Shown piece by piece: positions 28,008 to 37,344 of a DNA stretch of 64,000 nucleotides (the stretch's first letter is position 1; each line of letters begins with the position of its first letter). Source of the DNA: Ostreococcus lucimarinus (Eukaryota); assembly GCA_000092065.1 (NCBI GenBank), contig CP000589.1; one strand, given 5' to 3'. The translations under genes and the position numbers were made by a program. The notes beneath the pieces were generated by a model, which did not search any database, had not been told where the DNA came from, and saw nothing but the letters and a program-made list of their open reading frames with translations.

Positions 28008-28505
28008 ATGCCGCGCGCGCCGCGACGCGACGCGCGCGGTGAGACGGCGTCCGCGCCGAGCGTCGACGACGGCGCGACGCGCGACGGCGCGCGAACGGCG
28101 TCGCGCGACGAGGCGAAGGAGGTCGAACCCGTCGCCGATCGCGCCGACGACGACGGACTGCCGGGACACGCGGTGCAGCGCGGCGCGAACGCGAAGGAGA
28201 GAGCGGATGAATATTACGGATACGCCGACGCCTTGGCGTTCGCGCAGAAGGAGCGCGAGCGAGAGAGGAGCCGACGAAGACGGGCGAATCAGTCGTCGGC
28301 GGCGCGGGAACGCGAACGCGCGCGGTCGCAGCGAAGACGAGACGCGCTGAGCGAAGAAGCGAGACGCGCGCTGGCGGAGAAAAAGGTGCGGAAACGAATG
28401 GTGGAGAGACAGGAAAGGAATCACAACACCGCGGCGGCGGTGCTGGCGTCGCGATTGGACGACGAACGCGCGGCGACGAACGCGAGAGCGGCAAACGCGG
28501 AGTGA
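28008..28505 (+). CDS. Small basic hypothetical protein (165 aa)
   Basis: Complete ORF 63 nt from the divergent RNase II start. DEYYGYADALAFAQKERERERSRRRR followed by a charged helical region. No family recognised. Confidence 0.35.
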   Translation: MPRAPRRDARGETASAPSVDDGATRDGARTASRDEAKEVEPVADRADDDGLPGHAVQRGANAKERADEYYGYADALAFAQKERERERSRRRRANQSSAARERERARSQRRRDALSEEARRALAEKKVRKRMVERQERNHNTAAAVLASRLDDERAATNARAANAE

Positions 28506-28755
28506 CGACGCGGCGAAGAAGCGTCGATCGGTGGTTGAATTCACCGCCGCGATCGATGTCGGACTACGTATATGAACTATTTTAAATTATGTGTAAGCGT
28601 GCAGTTTAGTTTAGTTTACGCGCGCGTCGACCCACCGCGCGAGCGACTTTGCCCGTTTACGGCGTCGTTTCGCGCGCGCGTCGCCACTCCACGGCGCGTC
28701 GACCGAGCGCCCGTCGCCGTGACGTCTCGCGCGCGCGACTACTTGTCCGTTCGTC

Positions 28756-30573
28756 ATGCCCGGCGCCGCCGACGCGCGCGCGGCGGCGCAAAAGGGTGAT
28801 AAGCAGCGCCAGAATGTTTTTGAACCGATGAGTGGGACGCGAATTTCAAATCGTCTCGTGTCCGGCGCCGTCGTGCGCGCGCGATTCGACGATCGCCGAC
28901 ACTGCGCGATCAAAGATTTAGAAAAGGAAATCGTCGGCAAGCACGGATTCGTGGGCGTGGTGACGGAGGCGAGGATAAAGGTGAATGGAAGAGGTTCAAA
29001 GTACGCGCTGTGGACGGTGAGCGAGCTGCGCGGCGGCGGCGCGAGCGCGACGGTGTCGGTGTTCGGAGACGCGTACGCGGCGCACGGTGAAGACGAAAAG
29101 AAGGCGATAGGATTCATATGGGGAGTGTTTGATACGAAATTCTACCAATCGCGAAGCGTGAGCGTGGAGGATGGAGGACAGTTGATGAAGATTGGCGCCG
29201 CCGCGGATTTCGGCGTGTGCAAGGCGACGAGGAAAGACGGGACGCCGTGCACGAAGGCTGTGAACGTGTCGGAGTGTAAGTTTTGTGAATTTCACGTCCC
29301 GAAAGCGATTCGTGAGGTGGCGAACGCGCAGCGACAGATGACGGGGAAGAGAAACGCGAATGGAGACTTCAAAGTCGGCTTGCAAAAGTACGGAGCGTCG
29401 ATGCAACCGACGAGCGCTCGAGCGAGTCATTTACAGCGACCGGGCGAAGGCTTGATGAATGGCGGTCCCGCACCGAGCGCGAGAGCACAAGCGATCTTGA
29501 AGCAATCCAACGCACATCTCCCTCGCAACGCGTTCAAACCTAAGCGAACGGGAGAGGAATTCGCGGCGAGACTGCACGCCAAGGCGCCGACGACGATGGC
29601 GCTCGAAGAGGAAGATTTGGACTTTGAAGACGATAAAGAGGCGCTCGCGACGCTCGCGAGGCAACACGCGGCGTCTATTGCTCAGACGCGTCAGGACGCG
29701 TCGCGTGCGAAGCAACGCGAAGTGGCAGAGCGGTTGAGAGCGACTGGACTTACGCTAACAAAGCCAGACCCGAACGACACGTCGGCGAAGAAACCGACGA
29801 CGACGGTGCGAGCGGAACCCAAACCGTTGCCCGAAACCCTGAAAGCGCATGGTTTACAGATGGCCACCGTGCAACAGTTAGAACGTAAGCTCAAGGCTGA
29901 GATTGCGCGTAGAGAGGCGCTGGAGAAGGAGAACGAAGAGTTGCGACGTCAACTCGCCGAAGCGCGCGGCGCGCCTGCCTCGAGTTTCGCTCCAGCGCGG
30001 CCGGCGATGCGAGACGTGTCGAACAACGGCACCAAGTCCACGAGCGCGCCGTCGACTACGGCTAGATTATTCGGTCACGTCGCCGCGCCCGCGTTGAAGT
30101 CTCGATACGCCGCCGAAGCCGAAGAAGAAGACGTGGATCAAATGATGAAGAACATGGACGCGTTGGAAGAACGCGACCAGCTCGCCGCACAACTCGCGCT
30201 GAAACGCGAGGTCAAAGTCAAGGTGTACCATTGCACGGTGTGCGAGAAAAAGACCCGATTTTTTGATGTTGCGACTTGTAGAGAGCATCGCGACAGCGTG
30301 AAGCACGTGGATTCCATCATGCGATACTTCCGCTGTAAGGGGTGCAACCGAACGAACACGTCGTTCGACTCGCTGACACCCAAGCACTGCGAGAAGAGTG
30401 GGTGTATGAGCGTGGCATTCGAGCGCGTCACCGTCGCGGACGTCACCACCGCGGCGAAACCACGCAAAGAAGATTTGGTCGCCGTGGAGGGCAACGTGGC
30501 GAATCGAGACGCCCTCGCGCCGCGCGGCGTCGAACATGGTTTTAGGTTGGACACCATACACAATAGCGCTTAG
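28756..30573 (+). CDS. MCM10: MCM10 homolog (DNA replication initiation factor)
   Basis: OB-fold region followed by the Mcm10 CCCH zinc finger (GTPCTKAVNVSECKFCEFHVPKA). The C-terminal tandem zinc ribbons (VYHCTVCEKKTRFFDVATCREHRD...FRCKGCNRTNTSFDSLTPKHCEKSGC) match the metazoan-type Mcm10 C-terminal domain. Confidence 0.8.
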   Translation: MPGAADARAAAQKGDKQRQNVFEPMSGTRISNRLVSGAVVRARFDDRRHCAIKDLEKEIVGKHGFVGVVTEARIKVNGRGSKYALWTVSELRGGGASATVSVFGDAYAAHGEDEKKAIGFIWGVFDTKFYQSRSVSVEDGGQLMKIGAAADFGVCKATRKDGTPCTKAVNVSECKFCEFHVPKAIREVANAQRQMTGKRNANGDFKVGLQKYGASMQPTSARASHLQRPGEGLMNGGPAPSARAQAILKQSNAHLPRNAFKPKRTGEEFAARLHAKAPTTMALEEEDLDFEDDKEALATLARQHAASIAQTRQDASRAKQREVAERLRATGLTLTKPDPNDTSAKKPTTTVRAEPKPLPETLKAHGLQMATVQQLERKLKAEIARREALEKENEELRRQLAEARGAPASSFAPARPAMRDVSNNGTKSTSAPSTTARLFGHVAAPALKSRYAAEAEEEDVDQMMKNMDALEERDQLAAQLALKREVKVKVYHCTVCEKKTRFFDVATCREHRDSVKHVDSIMRYFRCKGCNRTNTSFDSLTPKHCEKSGCMSVAFERVTVADVTTAAKPRKEDLVAVEGNVANRDALAPRGVEHGFRLDTIHNSA

Positions 30574-30643
30574 ATCTAGTCTATAGTTTTCTAATACAAA
30601 TACGCTGCTGAAGTAAGTATTCTTCTAATCGTTTCTAATCGTT

Positions 30644-32173
30644 TCACGCGCTCGTTCTGCTCGCGAGCTCGCGTTCAAGTGGCTTGACGTAGCGCTCGTC
30701 GATGTCCGGTTGCAACTCGGCCGCCTCGCGCAAAATTTCCAAAGCGCGTTCTGGATCACCATTTAGCTTCAAGGCGCTCGCCAACGCCACTTTAACGCTA
30801 GCATCGGTTGGATTCAAACGATTAGCTTCGTATAACGCCTCGCTGGCCATGCCAAGATCACCTAGACGCGCGCGCGCGACGCCGGCGCCCATAAGCGCGC
30901 GCGAACGCCGTAAAGGATCCGGTTCGGCCCGCGCCGAATATTCATACGTCAGCGCCGACTTTTTCCATTCTTTAAGCACGGCGTACGTTTGACCGAGCGC
31001 GAATAGTACCGTTGGATGTGATTTACCCAAATCTTCGCCTCGAAGCGCCGCCGCGACGTCGCCACCACCGCGAGCGGCGCGCAGCAACAAGTTCACCGCC
31101 TGCGCGTTGTTGTTCCCGGCGCGCTCCTTCGCCGCAGCCTTTACTAACTCTAAAACTTCCGGCGACATCGCCACGTCCTCGCCACCTAGACCTTGGCTCG
31201 CGGCAATTTCACGCGTCACCTTGGCGAGCGCATTTATCCCGAGCGCTTCTCGAGCGAACGTCGTGGACAGCGCTCGGTTTTGCGCCAGCGCCCACGCGCT
31301 CGACGTGAGCCAGTAACAGTGCACCGCCTGCGGTAGCTGCATCCCGATCACCAACATCGGCAGCGTCATCCACTCTAACACCAACTTGACAATCGTCATA
31401 CCCCGAGATTGCGCCGCCGCGGACGCGAAATTCGCATTCACGTTCGCGAAGAGCGCCGCCGCCGTGAGCACGGGCAAAATACCTCCGTACGGCCCCATCG
31501 GCGCCGTCATCATCGCCACATCCACCGCGGGGACGGTCAAATCTTGAAACCACAGCGCGCCACCGGTGACGAGCCCATTGTTCGCCCCATCCGCCGCCAA
31601 TCGACGCACAGCCATCACCGCGCACAGGAAGAATGGAATTTGCGCCAGCGGCCCCGCGACGAGCCACGCCGGGTGCGCGCCCGTCCCCGGAGCTTTCCCT
31701 CGCAACTCTCCGATCGCATCCAGAACATCTCGCACCCCCACGTGTTCGGAGTTTCCTCGTTTTCTAGATTTCGCCAGCGCGCTCGCCGCGCTCACCGTCG
31801 CGCTCGCCTTGATCGTTCGCGCGGATATAGGCGCCGTCGCCGCTCGAACCAACGCCGCGCTCGCCGCGAGCGCGACGAACCAAGGCGCGCCCGTCGCCGC
31901 GTGCAGGTGCGTCATGGAATCGCTCATGAGCGACACCGCGTCGAACGCCGCGCTCGTGGACGCGCTCGAGGCGAAGCCGCGGCGCGAGGGCGTCGCCACG
32001 ACGCTCGACGGTCCGACGACGTCACGACGCGACGACGACGACGACGACGACGACGAGGCGCGCGCGCACGCGATCGCGGGGACGGCGGACGACGGGAAAG
32101 GCGAAGCGAGCGGCGCTTGGACGTCGCACAGACGACGCAAGGCGCGCATCGCGGCGCGGTTTCGATGAGCCAT
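30644..32173 (-). CDS. Oxa1/Alb3/YidC-family membrane insertase fused to C-terminal TPR repeats (OXA2-like)
   Basis: Insertase core (WFQDLTVP...GPYGGILPVLTAAALF...MTLPMLVIGMQLPQAVHCYWLTSSAWALAQN), then 3-4 TPR repeats (ALGQTYAVLKEWKKSALTYEYSA...DPERALEILREAAEL). Confidence 0.7.
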   Translation of the reverse strand: MAHRNRAAMRALRRLCDVQAPLASPFPSSAVPAIACARASSSSSSSSSRRDVVGPSSVVATPSRRGFASSASTSAAFDAVSLMSDSMTHLHAATGAPWFVALAASAALVRAATAPISARTIKASATVSAASALAKSRKRGNSEHVGVRDVLDAIGELRGKAPGTGAHPAWLVAGPLAQIPFFLCAVMAVRRLAADGANNGLVTGGALWFQDLTVPAVDVAMMTAPMGPYGGILPVLTAAALFANVNANFASAAAQSRGMTIVKLVLEWMTLPMLVIGMQLPQAVHCYWLTSSAWALAQNRALSTTFAREALGINALAKVTREIAASQGLGGEDVAMSPEVLELVKAAAKERAGNNNAQAVNLLLRAARGGGDVAAALRGEDLGKSHPTVLFALGQTYAVLKEWKKSALTYEYSARAEPDPLRRSRALMGAGVARARLGDLGMASEALYEANRLNPTDASVKVALASALKLNGDPERALEILREAAELQPDIDERYVKPLERELASRTSA

Positions 32174-32294
32174 CGCGGGCGCGAGGTCGCGCGACGCGCC
32201 GCGAAGTGCGGCGAGGCGACGCCTTCACGCGCACGCGAAGCGACGTTTCGGGATGCATGCGGTGGTTTCTATCGTGAGAAATGAACTAAGTGTA

Positions 32295-34295
32295 CTAAAC
32301 ATTTCTATCTTTCGGGGCGACGTAATCCAATTGTAATGCGTCGAAGATGTCTTTTTCGTCGCGAACGCGAACGCGCGAAGCCGCGGCTTCGGACCGGTCG
32401 CGGAACAAGCCTTTGTCTTGCAAGGCATAACCTTTGCGCTTAGCCCACAATCGCATGCTTCGATTAAACTTGTCGCTACCGGTGAAGTAGAGCAATGCCG
32501 TGGGAAATGCGTCGGTTTCGTAGACTTTGATGTCGATTCTGCGATGCACGGGCGGTGCCTGGTCATCCGCGCGTAGGGGCTGCTGAAGAGCGGCGACTCC
32601 CATGTACTGCACGTCGCCGACTTGCAAGTCATCCGTCAAGATTCCACTTCGTGGGCTTGGGCTACCCGCGCGCAAGTCGTTCAGTATGTGCATCAATAGG
32701 TCGTTGGCGAGAGAGACGTCGCGACACTCGACCAAAACGTCGACGTCGCCCGAATCTGCTTTGCCTCTGCGGAAAGAGCCAACGCAGTAGCATCGCACTT
32801 CATCCTTCATGAACGTATTCGCCGCCTCACGAACAGCGGTAGCGATGTGACTGACTTCTTCGCGTGGTATACGTTGCTTGAATTCTTCGTAATACTTCAG
32901 ACCGATCCACTGCGTCGGCGTGAGAGTGTCACGCGGTACGCCCGGCGCACGCAAGTCTGCGAGGGATTTGTACCCTTTGTCGAAGAGCTTTCGAGCGGTG
33001 ACAGGGCCGACGCCGTGGATCCCGGAGAGTTCTACGCACGATTTCACATCTGGCCTCTGACGTAAACTTTGCAGCGCCGTCAGCTTACCAGTGGTCAATA
33101 TCTCTTGCACGTACTTGCGTATCTTGCCGTCCCGTTTTTTCAACATCGGAATCACGTCAACTTGATCGATTGATTGCACTTCGAAATTCAAAGAACGCAA
33201 CGCACTCGCCGCGGCGGCGTATTGCTTTGCTTTGTACACTTCTCTCAGCGCGTCCTGGTTGATTTTCGCCATCTCAGAGAGTAAATCTGCAACCTTCGAG
33301 TTGCATTCCAAAGGCATCGCTTTCGCATTTTGCTCGCTCGGTTGACACGAAAAGAATTTCCGGCTCGCCTCAAGTTTTTCGTGGTCGACTAAATCGCTCG
33401 TCCAAACGACACCGAAGCCTTCAGAACGGCGCACCGCAACAGCACTGGCGTGCTCTTTGCGTTCACGAGCCGCGAGTGCTTTTCGCTCGGCTTCGCTCGA
33501 CGTCTCCGTGTCTTGAGAATGCGGCCGATCTGGAAGCGCCCGAATGAGCACTCGCGGCGCGAATTCGGGCGCATCCACGGGAAGCGCACGATTTTGCTTG
33601 TAGCTCTCCGTGATCCATTCCGGCGTGATCGTGATCACGTCCTCTAGAGCGATCAATTCCAACGCTTTCGTCAACGGCGCGTTTCGTTCGCTCGCCACGA
33701 CATGCGTGACGCCGCCGTCGGCGGCGCTCGTCGCGACGGATCCACCCATACGCTCGAGTGTTCGCCCCAGCGCATCGGCGCGTTTGCTCGGTATGTTTAT
33801 GAAGCACGCGTGAACGCCCTTCATGAGCGATGATACGTCGACGACGAGAGCTTCTGAGTCGTCGGCGTCGTCCGAGCGATCGCCGCCGACGTTCGCCGCC
33901 GCCGCGCATCTCGCGAGCGCTCGATACGGGTCGTCCACGGCGACGTCGCCGCAACCGATGGCGTCGGCAAACATTGCCGCGTTTCGCGCGCAATCTGAAG
34001 TGTTCATGGAACGGCTCTCGTTCGTCGCGCCTTCCGAACTCTCCGCGCGGCGCGCCGCCCTCTCGCCTCGCGCGCTCGTCGTCGCCTCCACTCGCTCTAA
34101 GTCTCTCACCCGAAGCGATTTCGGCAACTCCAACGTTTCCGTCGCCTCTGTGCCCTCGTCACCGACGCTCGCGCGACGGCGCCGTCGCCGTCCCGCCGTG
34201 GCGGCGTCCTCGCTCAACAGCGCGCGCACCAAGCGCTCGGCGTCGTCGCCCAAACCATCCTTCGCGACCGCAGAGACGCGCCGTTTACCGCCCAT
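32295..34295 (-). CDS. POLL: DNA polymerase lambda (Pol X family) with an N-terminal BRCT domain
   Basis: BRCT domain (GVHACFINIPSKRADALGRTLERMGGSVAT...ITPEWITESYK); helix-hairpin-helix 8 kDa domain; nucleotidyltransferase motif (GSFRRGKADSGDVDVLV); thumb (LLYFTGSDKFNRSMRLWAKRKGYAL). Confidence 0.85.
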   Translation of the reverse strand: MGGKRRVSAVAKDGLGDDAERLVRALLSEDAATAGRRRRRRASVGDEGTEATETLELPKSLRVRDLERVEATTSARGERAARRAESSEGATNESRSMNTSDCARNAAMFADAIGCGDVAVDDPYRALARCAAAANVGGDRSDDADDSEALVVDVSSLMKGVHACFINIPSKRADALGRTLERMGGSVATSAADGGVTHVVASERNAPLTKALELIALEDVITITPEWITESYKQNRALPVDAPEFAPRVLIRALPDRPHSQDTETSSEAERKALAARERKEHASAVAVRRSEGFGVVWTSDLVDHEKLEASRKFFSCQPSEQNAKAMPLECNSKVADLLSEMAKINQDALREVYKAKQYAAAASALRSLNFEVQSIDQVDVIPMLKKRDGKIRKYVQEILTTGKLTALQSLRQRPDVKSCVELSGIHGVGPVTARKLFDKGYKSLADLRAPGVPRDTLTPTQWIGLKYYEEFKQRIPREEVSHIATAVREAANTFMKDEVRCYCVGSFRRGKADSGDVDVLVECRDVSLANDLLMHILNDLRAGSPSPRSGILTDDLQVGDVQYMGVAALQQPLRADDQAPPVHRRIDIKVYETDAFPTALLYFTGSDKFNRSMRLWAKRKGYALQDKGLFRDRSEAAASRVRVRDEKDIFDALQLDYVAPKDRNV

Positions 34296-34916
34296 GATCG
34301 CCCCACTCGCTCGTTCACGGCGTTCGATACGACGCGTCGTCGTCGTCGTCGTCGTCGTCGTCTATATCTTCCAACGCCTCGTCCGCGTCCTCGTCGTACG
34401 ACGACGTCGTCGCCTCCGACCGCAACTCCGCCTCCAATCGCTCCGCCCTCGCGCTCGGCGTCTCTATCGGTCCTCTCCCCGTCCCGTCCAACGACGCTCG
34501 TTCGTCGTCGTCGCCGTCGCTTCCGTTCCCTCCCCGCGTTCCGAACGTCCCTCGCGCGTCGTCCTCGTCGTCGCCGCGCTCGTCGTCCTCGTCGCCTCGC
34601 GCGTTCGTCCCTCGCCGTCGCGTCGCGCCGTGCCTGAACGACGCGCTCCGTATCGCGATTCGCGCGCCGCCGCCCTCGTCCCGCCCTCGCGCCCCTCCCA
34701 CGGCGTCCAATCGCGCGCGCTCGAGCCGTTCGAACCGTTCGACGTGCGCGCGCGACGCGTCGTCGTGCGTCGCGCTCGCGCTCGCCGATCGCGCGAACGC
34801 GGTGCGCGCGCCGCACGCGTACCGTCCACCGTTCGGCGGCGCGACGCGCATCGACGCCTGCGCGAGCGACGCGCGATGCCGTCGTCGCGCGCCGAACGCG
34901 GGCGACCGCAGAGCGA

Positions 34917-35112
34917 CGCGCGTCGACGCATCGCGCGGGCGTCGACGCATCGCGCGGGCGTCGACGCATCGCGCGGGCGTCGACGCATCGCGCGCGTCGC
35001 GTCGGTCGCGCGCGTCGCGTCGGTCGCCATCCATCCATCCAACCATCCGACCGGGACATCGATCCATCCATCCATCCATCCGTCCGGGACATCGATCCAT
35101 CCATCCATCCGA
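34917..35112 (+). repeat. Minisatellite cluster in a divergent promoter region
   Basis: Three and a half copies of a 21-nt unit (cgtcgacgcatcgcgcgggcg), then two copies of tcgcgtcggtcgcgcgcg, then (CCAT)n-based units (ggacatcgatccatccatccatccgaccg, about 3 copies). Seen directly in the sequence. Confidence 0.85.
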
Positions 35113-35156
35113 CCGGGACGTCCGCGCGTCCGTGCGTCCTCCGACGAACGGGCAAC

Positions 35157-36011
35157 ATGACGACGGGCGCGAACGCGCGCGCGCGATCGGGATCGAACGC
35201 GACGACGACGGCGAGACAGACGACGACGAAACAGAGCGCGGCGCGGACGACGACGCGGGACGGCGGGACGAGCGAAGGCGCGAAGGACGACGGGGAGACG
35301 ACGGCGAGACGAGTGAAAAAGAAACCGGGAGAACGACGGATGACGCACGCGCCGAGCGTGATGTGGTTCGCGACGCTGGCGTGCGGCGGCGCGCGCGTGT
35401 GGTCGAGCGGCGCGGTGGGGGAGAGGGCGCTCAAGGCGAGCGCGACGGCGCGATTCGGTTGGATGGACGACGTGTTTTCGAGCGCGATGGGACCGGCGTT
35501 ACCGCTGACGTGCGCGCTCGCGAGGTGGTTCGCGGCGTCGTGCGTCACGGAATACGATCGAGGTAGAGAGGGGTTGGTGCCGCTGGGGACGTGCGCGCAC
35601 ATACGCGCGGACGTGGAGGCGTACCTGTACGTCGCGGCGACGCGGCTTTTGGCGTACGCGACGCTTCGGCGCGCGTGGCCGTCGGCGTTTATGAGCGATC
35701 ACGTCTTCTTGGCCGCGAGCGTGTTCACCGCCGTGCACGGGGAAGTGTTGAGCTGCGCGGTGGACTTTCTCATCCTCGTCGAGCGACGGGAAAAGCCGTT
35801 AAGGCGAACCGCCATCATGTGCGTCGCCCTGTACGGCGTCGCCGTCATGGCGGCGACGTGCGTCGAAGTCTTCGTCACGGCGAGATTTTATCATCGCGGT
35901 CTCGAGACCGCGGTGGCCGCCGTCTTGGGTTGGTTCGTCTTACAGCGTCCACTCGTGCTCGCCGTCGTCAGGCCGCGCGCGAGAGAATTAGCCGCCGCGT
36001 TAGCCTTGTAA
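35157..36011 (+). CDS. Hypothetical multi-pass membrane protein
   Basis: Complete ORF. T/R-rich N-terminus, then 5-6 hydrophobic segments ([11 protein letters not shown]; [12 protein letters not shown]; [22 protein letters not shown]; [17 protein letters not shown]). An alternative start is MTHAPSV at ~35340. Confidence 0.4.
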   Translation: MTTGANARARSGSNATTTARQTTTKQSAARTTTRDGGTSEGAKDDGETTARRVKKKPGERRMTHAPSVMWFATLACGGARVWSSGAVGERALKASATARFGWMDDVFSSAMGPALPLTCALARWFAASCVTEYDRGREGLVPLGTCAHIRADVEAYLYVAATRLLAYATLRRAWPSAFMSDHVFLAASVFTAVHGEVLSCAVDFLILVERREKPLRRTAIMCVALYGVAVMAATCVEVFVTARFYHRGLETAVAAVLGWFVLQRPLVLAVVRPRARELAAALAL

Positions 36012-36145
36012 GCGTCGCGTCGTTCGTCCGCCGGCGCGTTCGAGTCAGTCAAAGCCACCGCTCGTCGCGCGCGCTGCGTCACTCAACGACGTCCGGTCCC
36101 GCGTCGCGCCGCGACGCGCGAGGCTCAAAGTCTGCGACATCGGAC

Positions 36146-36412
36146 ATGGCGTACGCGACCCAACACTACGCCCCGGGCGTCGCGCACGCGCGTCCCGGCG
36201 TCGCGCACGCGGTGCCCGGGCAGTACGGGGTGTACGCGCCCGGCGCGCAATACGCGAACGTGGGCCACGCGCAGTGCGTGGACGGGGCGTACTTGACCGA
36301 GAACTACGTCGGACCGATCACCATCGTGTTGGGGTGCTTTCTGCTCGGGCCGTTGCTCTGCCCGCTGGCGCTTCTGTGTCCGGTGCGTCTTCGCGACACC
36401 TGGCGAGACTGA
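36146..36412 (+). CDS. Small CYSTM-like protein (Y/P/G-rich N-terminus, C-terminal Cys-rich TM)
   Basis: MAYATQHYAPGVAHARPGVAHAVPGQYGVYAPGAQYANVGHAQ followed by ITIVLGCFLLGPLLCPLALLCPV, the CYSTM architecture. 88 aa. Confidence 0.4.
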   Translation: MAYATQHYAPGVAHARPGVAHAVPGQYGVYAPGAQYANVGHAQCVDGAYLTENYVGPITIVLGCFLLGPLLCPLALLCPVRLRDTWRD

Positions 36413-36834
36413 CGAAGGCGACGCGGAATCGCGCGCGCGCTCGGCTCGTTCGCGCGCGAGGCGCGAGCGACGAACAAACGCGCGGAGACTGACGAACAAC
36501 GGCAACGCCTTACGCTTTACCGAACCGCAGTGCGATACGCGAACGAGATTCGTGCCCGCGACGCCGTACGACGTCGCGACGCAACAGCAGCCGCAGCAGT
36601 GCGGACAGGCGCAGCCGTACGGACAAGCGACGCACGTGGTCATGATGCCGCCGCAGAACGTCGTCATCGCGGAGGGTAGACCGGCGACGCCGACGAAATC
36701 GTATTATCCGAGCGTGTAGCGCGGAGGAGCCGCGAAAAGGACGTGAACGATAGCTTAGCTCGTAATGTCAGAATACTCGCGCCGAACGCGAACAAACCAC
36801 GCCGACGTCACATCGTCGCGCGCGATAGCGACTC

Positions 36835-37317
36835 GTGCGCGGGACGAAGGGCGCGATGTCAGAACAATCATCCAACTACGTCGTCGTGCAAAACGGCATC
36901 GACGCGCCTCGCGCGGCGATGGAACCGGCGAGCGATGACTTTGGTAAGGAAGGTGTTGCCGACGAAAATGGCGCGCAAACGCTCGACGACGACGATTTTG
37001 AGGCGCGAAAGCGCGCGATGCGACGCGATCCTCGATGGGCGTCGAACGCGGCGGCGGAGTACGACGCCAACGTGGGTGCGAAAGGGCGAGAGGTGAATAA
37101 GTTGCTCGTCGAGCTAAAGGAGAGTCAAGACAAAATGGCGCAGAAGATAAGAGACGCGGAGGAGGCGACAGCGTGGGTGGACACCATCGAAGGGGCGAAG
37201 GCGACGATGGATAAATTACCAGAGTATACTTTAAAGGCGCGAGAGGCGAGTCGGAGGATGCAGGAGCTGAGACAACGATTGGAGAAGGTGGAGGCGCGCG
37301 TGAGCAAATTTTCGTAA
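36835..37317 (+). CDS. Small coiled-coil hypothetical protein (~155 aa)
   Basis: Complete ORF of non-repetitive charged helical sequence (VNKLLVELKESQDKMAQKIRDAEEATAWVDTIEGAKATMDKLPEYTLKAREASRRMQELRQRLEKVEARV). Confidence 0.4.
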   Translation: MRGTKGAMSEQSSNYVVVQNGIDAPRAAMEPASDDFGKEGVADENGAQTLDDDDFEARKRAMRRDPRWASNAAAEYDANVGAKGREVNKLLVELKESQDKMAQKIRDAEEATAWVDTIEGAKATMDKLPEYTLKAREASRRMQELRQRLEKVEARVSKFS

Positions 37318-37344
37318 ATCCGAGGACGACGACGGCGACGTGTT

